The notes: generated by a model from the letters alone, not told the origin. Numbered from the stretch's first letter, positions 40,065 to 50,734 are shown. The stretch: DNA of 59,089 nucleotides from Candidatus Methylomirabilota bacterium (GCA_046726415.1 JBKPAK010000097.1:1-59089); one strand, 5' to 3'. Translations and numbers: made by a program.

Positions 40065-41550
40065 ATGTCCGAAGAGTCCCGGCTCGGGCGCGAGCAAATC
40101 GAGACGGGCTACGCGCTGAAACAGATCACCGATGCGGGTGTTCGCGTCTTCTTCTACCTCGAAGACCGCGAGCGCACGCTCGACAGCGCGCTCGAGAAGG
40201 TGATGCTATCGCTTACGAACTTCGCCGCCGAGATGGAGCGGGAGCGCGCCCGACTACGAACGCGCGACGCGATGCAGCGCAAAGCCGCGCGCGGCCACGT
40301 CGCCGGCGGCAAGGTGTACGGCTACCGTAACGTCGAGATTACGCGCAACGCTTCCGATGGGCGCGCCGTCCGCGATCACGTCAGCCGTGAGGTCGTGTGG
40401 GAGGAGACGGCCGTCGTCCGCCGGATCTTTGAGGAGGTAGTCCAGGGCCGCGGCTTCGCGCGGATCGCGAAGGGTCTGAATGCTGACGGGATCCCCTCGC
40501 CGCGTGCGGGCGCCGGGTGGGCGATGACCGGCGTGCGCGAACTCGTCTTCCGCGACCTCTACCGCGGCCGCATCGTGTGGGGGAAGACCCGCTGGGTCGA
40601 TCGCGGCGGGACGAAGGTGAAGCAGGATCGGCCGGAGTCGGAGTGGCTCGTGGTGGAGGCGCCGCCGCTGCGGATCGTCGATGACGAGCTCTGGGCTGCT
40701 GCGCACGCCCGGCTCGATCGCACGCGCCAGACCTACGTGCTCCGCAGCGGCGGGCGCCTCTACGGCCGCCCGGAGTCGGGCATCGAGTCGACGTACCTGC
40801 TCACGGGGTTCCTCGAGTGCGACGTCTGCCACGGCGGCATGTCAGCCTCGTGGCGCTCCGGCCAGCGCGGGGAGCGCCGCGCCTACTACCGGTGCAACAC
40901 CCACCGCGCCAGACCGGGCATGTGCGAGAACGCCCTCACGATCCCGACCAGGGCGCTCGAGACGGCGATCCTCCGCACGCTCCGCGACGACGTGCTGACA
41001 GCCGACGTCCTCGAGGAGGTTGTGGCGCGCGCAATCGCCTTGTTCCGCGGGCTGCCCGACGAGCTGGAGCTCCGGCGTGAGCGGCTCACCCGCGAGGCGC
41101 AGCGGCTGAAGGGACGAGGCCGCGCGGCTGACGGACGCTGTCCGGATGGGCGGTCCGCTTGCGTCACTCGTGGACGCGCTCCGCGCGACCGAAGAACGCC
41201 GCCGGGGCATCCTGGCGCAACTGGAGCACGTCGATGGCCTGGGCCGAGGTCACGAGCTGCTCGTCGGCGCCGGCGACGCGCTTAGGCGCGAAATCCGAGC
41301 CCGCCTCGCGGAGTGGGCAGAGCTGGTGGGCCGCCACCCGGTGCAGGCGCGACAGGTGCTTCGGAAACTGCTCATCAATCGTGTAACTATGCGGCCGGTG
41401 GTCAACGATGACGGGCGCTAGTATGAATACGCCGGCCGCGCCTCCTACGGCAAGCTGCTGGCCGGCGTGCTCCGTGTACAAACGTTGGTGCCCCCGGAGA
41501 GGTTCGCTGCCTTCGCGCAGCACCCTATCGATGTTCTGCTCGTGGCCTAG
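40065..41550 (+). pseudogene. Large serine recombinase; N-terminus lost, frameshift near 41112, in-frame TAG 41419
   Basis: SEESRLGR, YGY, YLLTGFLECDVCHG and YYRC Zn ribbon, coiled coil; no YxRxS catalytic start upstream. Confidence 0.87.
41486..41506 (-). other. att core matching a tRNA 3' end
   Basis: Reverse complement CGAAC-CTCTC-CGGGGGC-A-CCA fits tRNA positions 56-76. Confidence 0.65.
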
Positions 41551-41778
41551 CCGTGTGGGTAGCGAGTCATTTGCGGATTGGCGTTTTTTGAAATGGCGCA
41601 CTGCTGGGTTGTGCTAAAGCTCCCTCGACGAGGTAAGGCTGCGGCATAGCGATGTAGTGGACCCGGCGCGAGGGCGCACGCCGAGAAGAAACGGTCGGCT
41701 CCGGGGCCGCAGTCGGATGATGTCAGGCTAAGTCGCGCTTATTGAGGGCGCTCCGGTGCGACATGCGGAGGGATCCGT

Positions 41779-41994
41779 ATGTCGCGAGAATCGTCCGCCC
41801 CGAGTGTCATTCCCACCCCAGCGGCGTTACGCGCCGCTGTCGCCCGAGACGGCAGGCCCATCTACATCTTGGCCGCCGAGGCCCGGATTCACCCTGCGGT
41901 GGTCGGCAAAATGCTGGCCGGCCACGTCCCGATCACGGCCGACCGGGCGGCGCGAATCCTCCGCGCTGTTCGCGATCCCGACGCCGGTGCGTGA
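41779..41994 (+). CDS. Small Cro-like HTH protein
   Basis: IYILAAEARIHPAVVGKMLAG pattern; GGAGG upstream; TGATG coupling. Confidence 0.6.
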   Translation: MSRESSAPSVIPTPAALRAAVARDGRPIYILAAEARIHPAVVGKMLAGHVPITADRAARILRAVRDPDAGA

Positions 41995-42179
41995 TGGCGC
42001 ACGCGGCTGCGTCATCCGAGAGTCCGCCTGCCAAGGCCGGGGCGATCATCCCGGACGACGGCCTGATCGTCGCGCTCCTCGCTGAACTGTTGGTCCGCGC
42101 CTACGTTCGGCGGCAGCGAGCGGCGCGCGGTGCGCCCAGTGCCGAGCCTAGGTGCGGGGGGTGTGTATGGCCGGCATAA
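41994..42179 (+). CDS. Small hypothetical protein
   Basis: Translationally coupled between HTH and dnaB-like genes. Confidence 0.4.
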   Translation: MAHAAASSESPPAKAGAIIPDDGLIVALLAELLVRAYVRRQRAARGAPSAEPRCGGCVWPA

Positions 42180-43465
42180 TGGGCGCGCGGATTGCTCCCT
42201 ATAACCTCGATGCCGAGCAGGCGGTGCTGGGCTGCGCTCCGCTCGAGAGGCGGGACGCGATGCCTCGGCTTGCCCGGCTCTCCTCCGAGGATTTCTACAC
42301 GGAGGCGCACCGCGACGTTTTCCGAGCCATGCGACGGCTCTACGAAGCGGGTGGTGATCTGGATCTGCTCACCGTCACAGAGGAGCTGCGGCGAGCCGAT
42401 CAGCTCGTGTTTGTCGGCGGGCCGGCCGCGCTGGAGCTTCTGCTCGAGCAGGCCAGCATTGCCGCCTATCTCAGCTCGTACGCGGCGATCGTCAAGAAGA
42501 TGGCCGCGCTCCGCGAGTTGATCCAGGCGGCGACCCAGATCATCACCCAGGCCTTCGACGCGAAGGACGACGTGCAGGCCATCATCACAAACGCGACTGA
42601 CACCCTGGCCAGGATCGGCGCGGAGGCGGATCTGGAGGGCGACGGCCGGGCGGCCGACGAACCGATCGGCGACGTGCTCAAGCGCGTCGTGGCCACCGTC
42701 GACCGGGCCGAGGGGCCCACCATCTCCACGCCCCACAATAGGCTAAATGAAATCCTGGGCGGCGGCTGGCGCCCAGGGGAGCTCGTCTACGTGGGCGCCT
42801 CCCCTGGGGGCGGAAAGACTGCCTTTGCCCTGGGGCTGGCCGGCTACGCTGCACAGAAGGACCAGCACGTCGCCATCGTCTCGGCGGAGATGTCGAACGA
42901 TGCGCTGGTCGAGCGGATGTTGGCGAACCGCGCGCGGGTGCCGGCCGATCGCTTCCGCGCGGCGACGGTCCAGCCCGAGGACTTCTCAAAGTTCCTGCGG
43001 ATCGCGTCGCAGATCGCAGGTCTACCCATCACGCTTAACGACCAGGCCACTACGCTTGGAGGCGTCCAGCGTGTCGTCCGTCGGCATCGGCCAGCCCTGG
43101 TCGTCATCGATTACATGCAGCTCATGCGGGGACCAAAGGGCGCGGACCGGCGCCTCGAGCTGGACGCGGTATCTCAGGGCCTCAAGCTCATGGCCAAGCG
43201 CTACCGCTGCGTGGTGTTGGCTCTCTCGCAGATCACCCTCGTCCCCAACGGGAAGGGCGGTTTCCATCGGCCGACCATGCACTCGTTGAAGGAGTCCCGG
43301 GGGCTGACCGCGGATGCCGACACTGTGCTCCTGCTCTGGTACCCCGACCCCGAGCGACCGAACGATCTCGAGCTGATCGTCGACAAGGGCCGCAATCACC
43401 CCACGGGCATCGTCGATCTGGTGTTCGACCGGCCGCATATGACCTTCCAGGAGACCGGCGCGTGA
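42167..43465 (+). CDS. DnaB-like replicative helicase (element-borne)
   Basis: PYNLDAEQAVLG, EDFY, GASPGGGKT, SAEMS, VIDYMQL, LSQ, DAD, KGRN. Confidence 0.9.
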   Translation: MAGIMGARIAPYNLDAEQAVLGCAPLERRDAMPRLARLSSEDFYTEAHRDVFRAMRRLYEAGGDLDLLTVTEELRRADQLVFVGGPAALELLLEQASIAAYLSSYAAIVKKMAALRELIQAATQIITQAFDAKDDVQAIITNATDTLARIGAEADLEGDGRAADEPIGDVLKRVVATVDRAEGPTISTPHNRLNEILGGGWRPGELVYVGASPGGGKTAFALGLAGYAAQKDQHVAIVSAEMSNDALVERMLANRARVPADRFRAATVQPEDFSKFLRIASQIAGLPITLNDQATTLGGVQRVVRRHRPALVVIDYMQLMRGPKGADRRLELDAVSQGLKLMAKRYRCVVLALSQITLVPNGKGGFHRPTMHSLKESRGLTADADTVLLLWYPDPERPNDLELIVDKGRNHPTGIVDLVFDRPHMTFQETGA

Positions 43466-44046
43466 GCTGGTTCGCCAAGATTGACGCCAACTGGCCGAGC
43501 CACCCTAAAGCCATCAAGGCGGGTTCGAAAGGGCGGGATCTCTACATCGCCGGGCTCTGCTATTGCCGGCGCCATCTGACGGACGGGTTCATCCCGCGCG
43601 AGGCGCTCTCGACACTCCAGCCGGGACTGAAAAGTCCGTCAGCTGTCGCTACGCTGCTCGTACGTCTGCACCTGTGGGAGCAGCGTACTGACGGGTTCGT
43701 GATACACGATTACCTCGATTGGAACGATTCCGCTGCGGACATCAAAGCCACGCAAGAGGCCGCGAAGAAAAGGAAACGCGAGTGGTGGCACCGTCACCTA
43801 GACGCCGTACCGAACGCGTCTAGGAACGCGTCTAGTACAACGTCCTCGACGTTCCCTACTCCTAATAAAGAAACAGCGGCTTCGCCTCGGGGGCAACCCG
43901 GAACCCAAGTGGATGACCGCCGAGGAGAAGCGGGCCATGCGCCAACAGATCGCCGACGAGCTGGGGCTGCCTTCCGACCACTTCATGCGGGCCGGCGGGA
44001 ACCCAATTTCGGCACCCGGCCGCACATGACGACGGGGGAGGGGTAG
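43462..44046 (+). CDS. Phage-type replication initiator-like protein
   Basis: WFAKIDANWPSHPK, LTDGFIP, IHDYLDWN; GTGA coupling to helicase; 3' end uncertain. Confidence 0.6.
   Translation: MSWFAKIDANWPSHPKAIKAGSKGRDLYIAGLCYCRRHLTDGFIPREALSTLQPGLKSPSAVATLLVRLHLWEQRTDGFVIHDYLDWNDSAADIKATQEAAKKRKREWWHRHLDAVPNASRNASSTTSSTFPTPNKETAASPRGQPGTQVDDRRGEAGHAPTDRRRAGAAFRPLHAGRREPNFGTRPHMTTGEG
43812..43835 (+). repeat. Iteron-like 12-bp tandem repeat inside Rep-like gene
   Basis: GAACGCGTCTAG x2; inverted partial CTAGACGC at 43798. Confidence 0.6.
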
Positions 44047-44666
44047 AAATTTTCTAGGAAGTGGCGAACCGTTACCGGCGGCACGTCGCTTTACCGAACT
44101 GACTGCGGAGTTAGACGATAGGAACCATCGTCTTTGCCGATACGTTGGTGGGGCATGAAGTGGCTAGGCCGGTGACCGCCGCCATCATCAGCGGGGTGAC
44201 GACCAGGCTATAGTTCGTGGCGACGGCCGTCACTTCCGCCTGGTCCAGCAACCGCGTGGATGGTAGGTGCTCGAGCGCGACGAGCTTCGCGAGGGGCGGG
44301 AGGCGAACGCGATCCGCACGATCGGCAGGGATCCTGCTCGACGGGAACGTGAGCGGCGCGGGCCAGGTCGGCGACGCGCGCACGGTCTCGTCGTCGACCA
44401 TCGTGATTGCCCTCCCGTCGAGAGGGAGTGAGCTGCGGGGCGCCAGGTCGAGCGCCCCGAGCATAGTCGGAGCCCGCGGCGAGGGCAAGAAGGTATGGTG
44501 AGGGACGACCGCAGTCGCCATCGAGGAGGCGCGACCAGGAGCACGTCGGGGCGATGGGTGACAGCGCCGGACCGACCGGGCCGGTCCGGCGTTCGTTCAG
44601 GCGGAAAGAGGAGGAGCGGCTCCTGCGGCGCGTGGGGTCGCTACGTGGACGACCTCAGCGCGCGGT

Positions 44667-44804
44667 CTAGAGTCGACCTCCGAACGACCAGAGCACCGCA
44701 TGGCTCTCCTCATCGTCGGCGGTGCTGCTGGAGCCGACGACCTGGCCGCGGGCGTTCACCGCGTAGGCTTGTGTGGCCAGGCCGCCGAAGGTGCCGAGAT
44801 CGTT
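44667..44804 (-). pseudogene. C-terminal scrap of HAF-repeat extracellular protein
   Basis: DLGTFGGLATQAYAVNARGQVVGSS...HAVLW; fused at the nrsF stop. Confidence 0.7.
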
Positions 44805-45444
44805 ACCAGCGCAGGAGCCGCGGCCCAAGCAGAGCGCCCAGCACGGTCGGGATCGCTATGCCGAGCACATACCACGTGCCGAGAAACGACGCCGCTAGCT
44901 CCGGGCAGTGGATCGCATACACGCACGCCCCGGCGGCGCCGGCCAACAGGCCCACACTGGCGCCGGCCAGCCGCAAGCGCGTCGGGGCCAGCCCCCGCAG
45001 CGCCCAGAGCCCCCCAAGGAAGACGGGGGTGGCGAGCAGTGCGATGAGGAAGGGACAGGTGGCTGCCGTCTGGCCGAGCACGAGCTCCGGCCAACGCGTC
45101 CGGTCTGTGCCGACGAGCGCCATGGCGGCGAGGAGCCACATCCCCAGCACTGGGGCGGCGAGCGCCGCCGGCATCCCCGCCAGCGACGCGCCCGGCCGGG
45201 CGAGGCGCAGCGTCGCGCGCAGCGCACTCACCAACAGCGCCGCCACGAACGCGAACTTCGCCCACCCCATGGGCACCGACACGTCCTGCAGCAGATGGGG
45301 GTTGACCCCGAGCAGCACCGCCATGAGACCCGCGGCCGCCATCACGCCGGCCCCGACCGCACCTGCATAGCGGCGCACCGCCGCCCGCGGGTCCACCGCG
45401 TCCACCCCGGTCGCGAGCATCGTCACCAAGTCGTCTGTCTTCAT
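44803..45444 (-). CDS. nrsF: NrsF/DUF1109 anti-sigma factor
   Basis: MKTDDLV, LARPG, two conserved Cys (ATCPF, AIHCPE), LGPRLLRW. Confidence 0.88.
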   Translation of the reverse strand: MKTDDLVTMLATGVDAVDPRAAVRRYAGAVGAGVMAAAGLMAVLLGVNPHLLQDVSVPMGWAKFAFVAALLVSALRATLRLARPGASLAGMPAALAAPVLGMWLLAAMALVGTDRTRWPELVLGQTAATCPFLIALLATPVFLGGLWALRGLAPTRLRLAGASVGLLAGAAGACVYAIHCPELAASFLGTWYVLGIAIPTVLGALLGPRLLRW

Positions 45445-45986
45445 CGGCCTTCTCGTAGCGTTGCCGCCAGCGCCTTCAGGCCGCGGTGCACCGCCACCTT
45501 CACCGCCGCGGCCGATATGCCGGTGCGCCGCGCCGTTTCCGCGACGGACAGGCCCTCAAGCTTCATGTACAAGATCGGCAGGCGTTGCCGTGTCGGCAAG
45601 CGGTCGAGCAGCTTGGCGAGATCGCGGCGGGCCTCCCCGGGCTCCGTATCCGTGGCGGCCAGCACGGCCTGCGCGTCGTCCAGGGGCGCCGTGCGGACGT
45701 CGCGGCGGGCCCGCCGGCGCAGCGCATCGATGAGTTTGTACTTGGCGATCGCGTGCACCCACGCGCTCAGGGGCTGCGCCGGGTCGAACGTGTGGCGCTG
45801 ATTATGGATAGCCAAGAGGGTCTCCTGCACGAGATCCTCCACCTCGTCCGGCAGCTGGGCCAGCCGCCGCCTCAGGAACGCGCGGACATGCCCGCCCACG
45901 TCCTGCAGGAACGTGTGGTAGGCCCCAGCGTCGCCAGCGAGCCCGCGGACCAGTAAAGCTTTGAGTCGATCCTCGTGTGCACGCAC
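45441..45986 (-). CDS. ECF sigma-70 factor (sigmaF-like)
   Basis: [34 protein letters not shown]; coupled to nrsF. Confidence 0.9.
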   Translation of the reverse strand: MRAHEDRLKALLVRGLAGDAGAYHTFLQDVGGHVRAFLRRRLAQLPDEVEDLVQETLLAIHNQRHTFDPAQPLSAWVHAIAKYKLIDALRRRARRDVRTAPLDDAQAVLAATDTEPGEARRDLAKLLDRLPTRQRLPILYMKLEGLSVAETARRTGISAAAVKVAVHRGLKALAATLREGR

Positions 45987-46000
45987 CCCATCATCTTTTA

Positions 46001-46026
46001 TTCGTCGCGGGTGGGCGTTCGGTTAC
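46001..46026 (-). promoter_or_regulatory. ECF promoter driving sigma-nrsF
   Basis: GTAACC-N16-CGAA on - strand. Confidence 0.78.
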
Positions 46027-46072
46027 ACGCCGCCGGGCCCTCCTTATCGGCAGCGAAATTGTGGCCACACGT

Positions 46073-46098
46073 GTAACCGACGGGCTACGCCGGGCGAA
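46073..46098 (+). promoter_or_regulatory. Divergent ECF promoter
   Basis: GTAACC-N16-CGAA on + strand. Confidence 0.78.
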
Positions 46099-46328
46099 TG
46101 AGTGTATAGACCGCCGCGCCGGCACGCCCCCCGCATCCCGGCACGAGGCGGTCGTGTGACCCCTGTGAGAGGAGGCAACCCATGCATCGCCCCAACCGCT
46201 CTACCCCAACACCTGGAGGATCGCCCATGCCACACCTGCAACGAGGTCCGACACGTGCCTTGAGCATAGGAGGACACAGTACCACTCCATCTTACCCAGA
46301 CCTCTGCTCCGTCCGGCCCGGCCGAGCG

Positions 46329-48008
46329 ATGTCCTCGACGCTACGGTTCCTGCCGGTCGCCCTGGCCCTGCTGCTGATCGCATCGCCCGCTCCTGCCCAG
46401 GTCGTCATCTACCTCGATTTTGATAAGCACGAGGACCTCACGTATCCCGACGGAAGCTCGATGCTGGCCGTCTCGGTGCCGGCCTTCACTGGCAATGCCG
46501 CGGCGCGGGCGAGGATCCAGGCGGTGATCGAGGAGGACTACGCGCCGTTCAACGTCATCGTCACCCAGGTCGAGCCGGCCGGGATCGACCAGGGCTATAA
46601 CGGACAAATCCGCGTCGCGATCGGCGGGTGCTCGGAGGCCGGCGCGAGGGGCTGTCCACCTCGCCGCTCCTGCGGAACACTGTGTGGGCCGCGGAGTTCA
46701 CCAGCAACGGGACACGGAGGTCCGATCACGCGATCGCCAACACGGCCTCGCACGAACTCGCGCACGCGTTCGGGGCGCTGGCGGCGAGCATGCCGTACGG
46801 CACCCTCGGCAACCAGCTTGAGCACTACCACGCCGGTCCCAACGCCTCGAACCCGCTCGCAGACCTCGAGCACAACCTGAGCGCGCAGGGCAAGACGCAG
46901 ATCCTGAACGGTCCGCCCGTGTTAGGACAGGTCAAGCGCGATATCTGGTGGCGACACCACCGGGTCGCGAAGGCGCTGCCCGCCGGGGGAGACCCGAGGG
47001 ATCCTGCCGACTGGCTGTGGGCCTGGCAGGACGACGTCGTCTCCCTGGCCGCGGCACTCGGCCTGCGCGCCGATGACCACGGCGACACGCCGGAGACGGG
47101 CTCGGCCATGGCCCCCTACACCGGCTCCCTGCCGGCGGAACAGACGCGGGTCGTGGCCTCGGGCGTGGTGGAGATGAACGGCATGAGCTGGCCCGGCCTG
47201 TGCCCACCGGTGCCGCTCTGGCGGTCCTGCCCTCCCTATCCTCCCGAGGACGGTGGCTACCCGCCGGTCGGCACGGACGATTGGGGACAGAACGTCGTGT
47301 TTGCCCTCGCCAGGGACTTCTTCCGTTTCAACGTGGGGGCCACGACCAGCTCCAATGGCCCGCGACTCGAGATCCGCGTCGATGTCATCGCGGGGCAGTT
47401 CGATGCCAATCTAGATGCGGACCTGGAAGTGTGGTACCTGCACCCGGGCAGCGGCTGGACGAACGTGACGGGCAATGGCGGCCGCCCGGGATCTGCCCAC
47501 CGATCTCTGGGCTCAGTGGACCGCGGCGGGCACAACGGCCATCCCCCAGGGCGAGTACGCCGTCGCGGTGAGGAGCCACGGCGGCTACGGCGACCTCGGC
47601 GGCTATACCGTGCAGGTGACGGGCAAGGATGTCATCGTGAGCGCGGCCGGGACGGGCTTCGTGGTCGTTCCCCCGGACGGACCCGGCCCCGGGCTCGATC
47701 TAGACGGGGCGACCACCCTCGCCATCGTGCTCGAGTCGCTGATCCTCGACACCGATGACCTCGTCTTGCTGCTGGTCAGGCTCGCCGACGACGGGCTCTC
47801 GGAGGCAAGATTGTGGCGGTATCTCGAGCAAGGCCTCTCGCCGAAGGTGTCGAAGACGTCGGCCGAGCTGGTCAAGCTTGCCCTTCGCCAGGCGTCCGCG
47901 CTGCGGGTGGTGAGCGGGCTCGTCAACTGGAAGACCATCAATCCCAAGGCCGGCATTCCCCTTCACGCACGCCTCGCCAAGGCCGTGAAGAGAGTGGAGG
48001 CCCGCTAA
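46329..48008 (+). pseudogene. Secreted zinc metalloprotease-like protein; frameshifts near 46640 and 47480
   Basis: Signal peptide, VIYLDFD, EDYAPFNV, NTASHELAHAFG, DDHGD, YGDLGGY, spread over three frames. Confidence 0.65.
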
Positions 48009-48089
48009 AATGCGCCCCTCGACCGTCGTCCGCGGGCCCCTCTTCAGGGCACGTCGACGGCGTCTTCTGCGAGCGGCACGCACGCGGCC

Positions 48090-48235
48090 GGATCGATCCG
48101 GATTCCGACGGCTCGCCGTCGCGGAGCCGGGCCAGGGGCGACGCGGCGACGCGCAGGACCAGGTCGGTGCCGGCAACCTCGACCTGGTAGTCCACGCTCT
48201 CACCGAGGAAGCTGCCGCGCAGCACCCGGCCCAGG
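48090..48235 (-). pseudogene. TOBE-domain scrap of an ABC ATPase
   Basis: RGSFLGESVDYQVEVAGTDLVLRV. Confidence 0.55.
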
Positions 48236-48354
48236 CTCGGTGGCTAAGAACCCGACTGAGGAGGCTGTCCGACATGGCATCAGCCCGCCACCAAACCGCA
48301 GCAGCACCTGCGAGATCGATCATTCCCGAAGGGCAAGGTGACTCTTCGCCACCG

Positions 48355-48470
48355 ATGGCCGACGTAGGTGTGTTGTTCGTACATGGAATTGGTCAACAGG
48401 TTCAAGGCGAGACGTTGTATGCGTGGGGAGGCACGCTTGTGCAATGGCTCGAGCGCTGGCTCACGCCGCG
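48355..48470 (+). pseudogene. N-terminal scrap of alpha/beta-hydrolase-like protein
   Basis: VLFVHGIGQQVQGETL; locally lower GC. Confidence 0.45.
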
Positions 48471-48599
48471 TGGCGGCTTCTTGTGGACGTCGATGCCAAT
48501 ATGGTCCATGGCTGGCCCCTCCACTCACTCCTGCGGCGTCGACCGACCGCGTGCTGTGGGGCGACTCTACGCCACCACGTTCAGTGAGGGGTCAGCCGC

Positions 48600-49185
48600 T
48601 TCATCCCATCTATGCTCTACCGCTGGTGCTCACGATCGGGCTGACGGCGGGCTGTAGCACGGCGCCGGCGAGCGAGGAGGACAAGGACGATCTGGTGCGG
48701 CGGGCCACGGCTGCCCTGGGAGAGTGGAACACGGCTGTCCCCGGGCTCGAAGCATTCGCTCGACAAGGCTACGGTACGCGATGTTCCCCTCGATCGGCAA
48801 GGGAGGGCTCGGCCTTGGCGCCGCCTATGGTCGGGGCGTCGTCTGGGAGCAGGGTGAGCACCTCGGCTATGCCGACCCGTCCCACGCACCGGTGGGGCTG
48901 CAGGCCGGCGGTCAGGCCTACCAGGCCCTCGTGGTGTTCGACGGCAAGGCGGCTTTAGAGCGGTTCAAGCAAGGAGGCCTCGATTTCTCGGCCGACTCCT
49001 CGGCGGTCCTTCTCGAAGGCGGTTATGTCGCCACGCTCCGATTCGTCGATGGAGTGACAGTCTTCTCTCGGCCGATCGGCGGCGCCATGGGGGAAGCGTC
49101 AATGGGAGGCCAATGGTTCACGTTCGTCCTGAGGGATGACCGCCAATCTGGCAAGCCCGTGCCCTCTGCTGCTGGCACACGCTAG
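48600..49185 (+). pseudogene. Ysc84-domain lipoprotein, frameshift near 48775, start uncertain
   Basis: Lipobox TAGC, FPSIGKGGLGLGAAYGRG, GLQAGGQ. Confidence 0.72.
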
Positions 49186-49681
49186 CCTCGTCTTGACCGC
49201 GTTCCGGACCCGTCACTTGAGCTTCACGTCCTCGTAGGGAGCCGACCACGGATAGTCGGGACTCGGCCACGCGCGGGCCGCGTCCCTGTAGGGAACCAAG
49301 CCCATGACAGCGACCGGAGGCTGGATCGTCGTCGGAGAGCACAAGCCGTTCACTCGCCAGGCTCTCTGGTTCCAGAAGCCGGCGGTCTGCACCACCGCTA
49401 CCTCCGCCGGGCCGCGTAGTCCCAGCTGTACCCGCAAGGGATCACAACCGCCAACGCGCCACGAGGGCGCTCATGCCGCCGACATGTCTCCGCCGCTCAG
49501 ACCTCTGCGGTCCGGTTACAGGCGGGTCGATAACCTCTCGTCGTCAACGGCCGCCGACTCACCGACCCTCACCCGGGGGAGCCCGTCAGGCGACTCCGAA
49601 GGTCCGCCGAACGAGTCGGACGAGGTTTTGGCGAAGGACAGGGAACCCATGAGAAGAAATCGTGGGAGCCCTCTTCGCCGG

Positions 49682-50638
49682 CTAGGCTGTCGTCTCGACG
49701 AATCGCCCGGCGCCCGACGAGAGCGCGGGCGCCCTGGAGACGACGGCGCGACCGGGGTAGGAGCGTCGCGAAAAGCCCGCGAGCTCCTCGATGAACGCTT
49801 CTCCGAATCGTGGCAGGAATCGCTTGGGATGCCACGACGCTGTCATCCAGCCGCCGATCACCGTGTTGCCGTCCATCACCGGAGCCAGATGTACCCGGCG
49901 TCCGGCGACGAGGACGTTGGACGGCACGACCGCTACGCCGTAGCCGATACTCGCGAGCGCGACGAGCGTTTGCGGCGCGGCGCTCTCGAGGAGCACCGGC
50001 GGCTGCAGGCGCCGAGCGTGGCACGCCGCATCGAACCAACGGCGCGTGCCGAAGTCACGGCGCAGGAGCAACAGCGGGACGGTCGCGAGCGCGGTGACGT
50101 CGACCGTCCGACACCTTGCGAGCCGGTGATGCCGGGCCATCACCGCCATGGCGACGGCCGGGAACAACGTCCGACTCGCGAACCGGTCATCGCCGGCCGC
50201 GGTCAGCGCGAGATGAATCGCCCCACGCTCCATGTGGCCGAGCAGACGTGGCCCACCATCCTCGACGAAGTGCACGTCAACCCCCGGGTGCGAGCGTTGG
50301 AACCTCGGCATGAACGGCACCAGCAGGCTCTCGAGCGTCTGCGGGGTGGCCCCCACCCGCAACAGGCCGGTCGTTCCGCTCATCAACGCGTGGCCGCGTT
50401 CCACGAGCGACTCGGCATCGGTGAGCAGCGCCCGAGCGCGACGTAGCAGCTCCTCGCCCTCCGCGGTGAGCTGGACCCGCCGACCGATCCGATCAAAGAG
50501 GCAAACGCCGAGCTCGCGCTCGAGGTCACGCACCTGCCGCCCGAGCGCCGGCTGCGTCATGCGCAAGCGGAGCGCCGCCTTCGACACGCCGCCCGCATCC
50601 ACGACGGCGGCGAAGTACCGCAAGTGTCTCAGCTCCAT
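49682..50638 (-). CDS. LysR family regulator
   Basis: MELRHLRYF, TQPALGRQ, LFDRIGRRVQLT. Confidence 0.9.
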   Translation of the reverse strand: MELRHLRYFAAVVDAGGVSKAALRLRMTQPALGRQVRDLERELGVCLFDRIGRRVQLTAEGEELLRRARALLTDAESLVERGHALMSGTTGLLRVGATPQTLESLLVPFMPRFQRSHPGVDVHFVEDGGPRLLGHMERGAIHLALTAAGDDRFASRTLFPAVAMAVMARHHRLARCRTVDVTALATVPLLLLRRDFGTRRWFDAACHARRLQPPVLLESAAPQTLVALASIGYGVAVVPSNVLVAGRRVHLAPVMDGNTVIGGWMTASWHPKRFLPRFGEAFIEELAGFSRRSYPGRAVVSRAPALSSGAGRFVETTA

Positions 50639-50734
50639 GGGTTTCTGTGCCTTGAGAGCACTGATTATAAGGCATAGAATGCATTGGACGCCTGGATCCT
50701 CGGCCCCGCATTATCGCGGCGAAGGAGGTGGCCT

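Larger units (their letters stand above)
40065..44046 (+). mobile_element. Phage/satellite-like integration-replication module
   Basis: Serine recombinase, HTH, small ORF, DnaB and Rep-like gene co-oriented; no structural genes. Confidence 0.68.

Noticed and set aside
41551-41778. Possible ncRNA between recombinase and HTH gene
   Set aside because: No recognisable family or convincing structure; more simply an att arm and promoter region.
42167-43465. Host chromosomal dnaB
   Set aside because: Divergent motifs and mobile-element context point to an element-borne copy.
44111-44600. ORF 44111-44521 and hairpins near 44113 and 44565
   Set aside because: No recognisable motif; hairpins have only short U tracts and unclear parent transcripts.
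49213-49437. Short - strand ORF ending PWSAPYEDVKLK
   Set aside because: Looks like a C-terminal scrap, but I could not identify the family.
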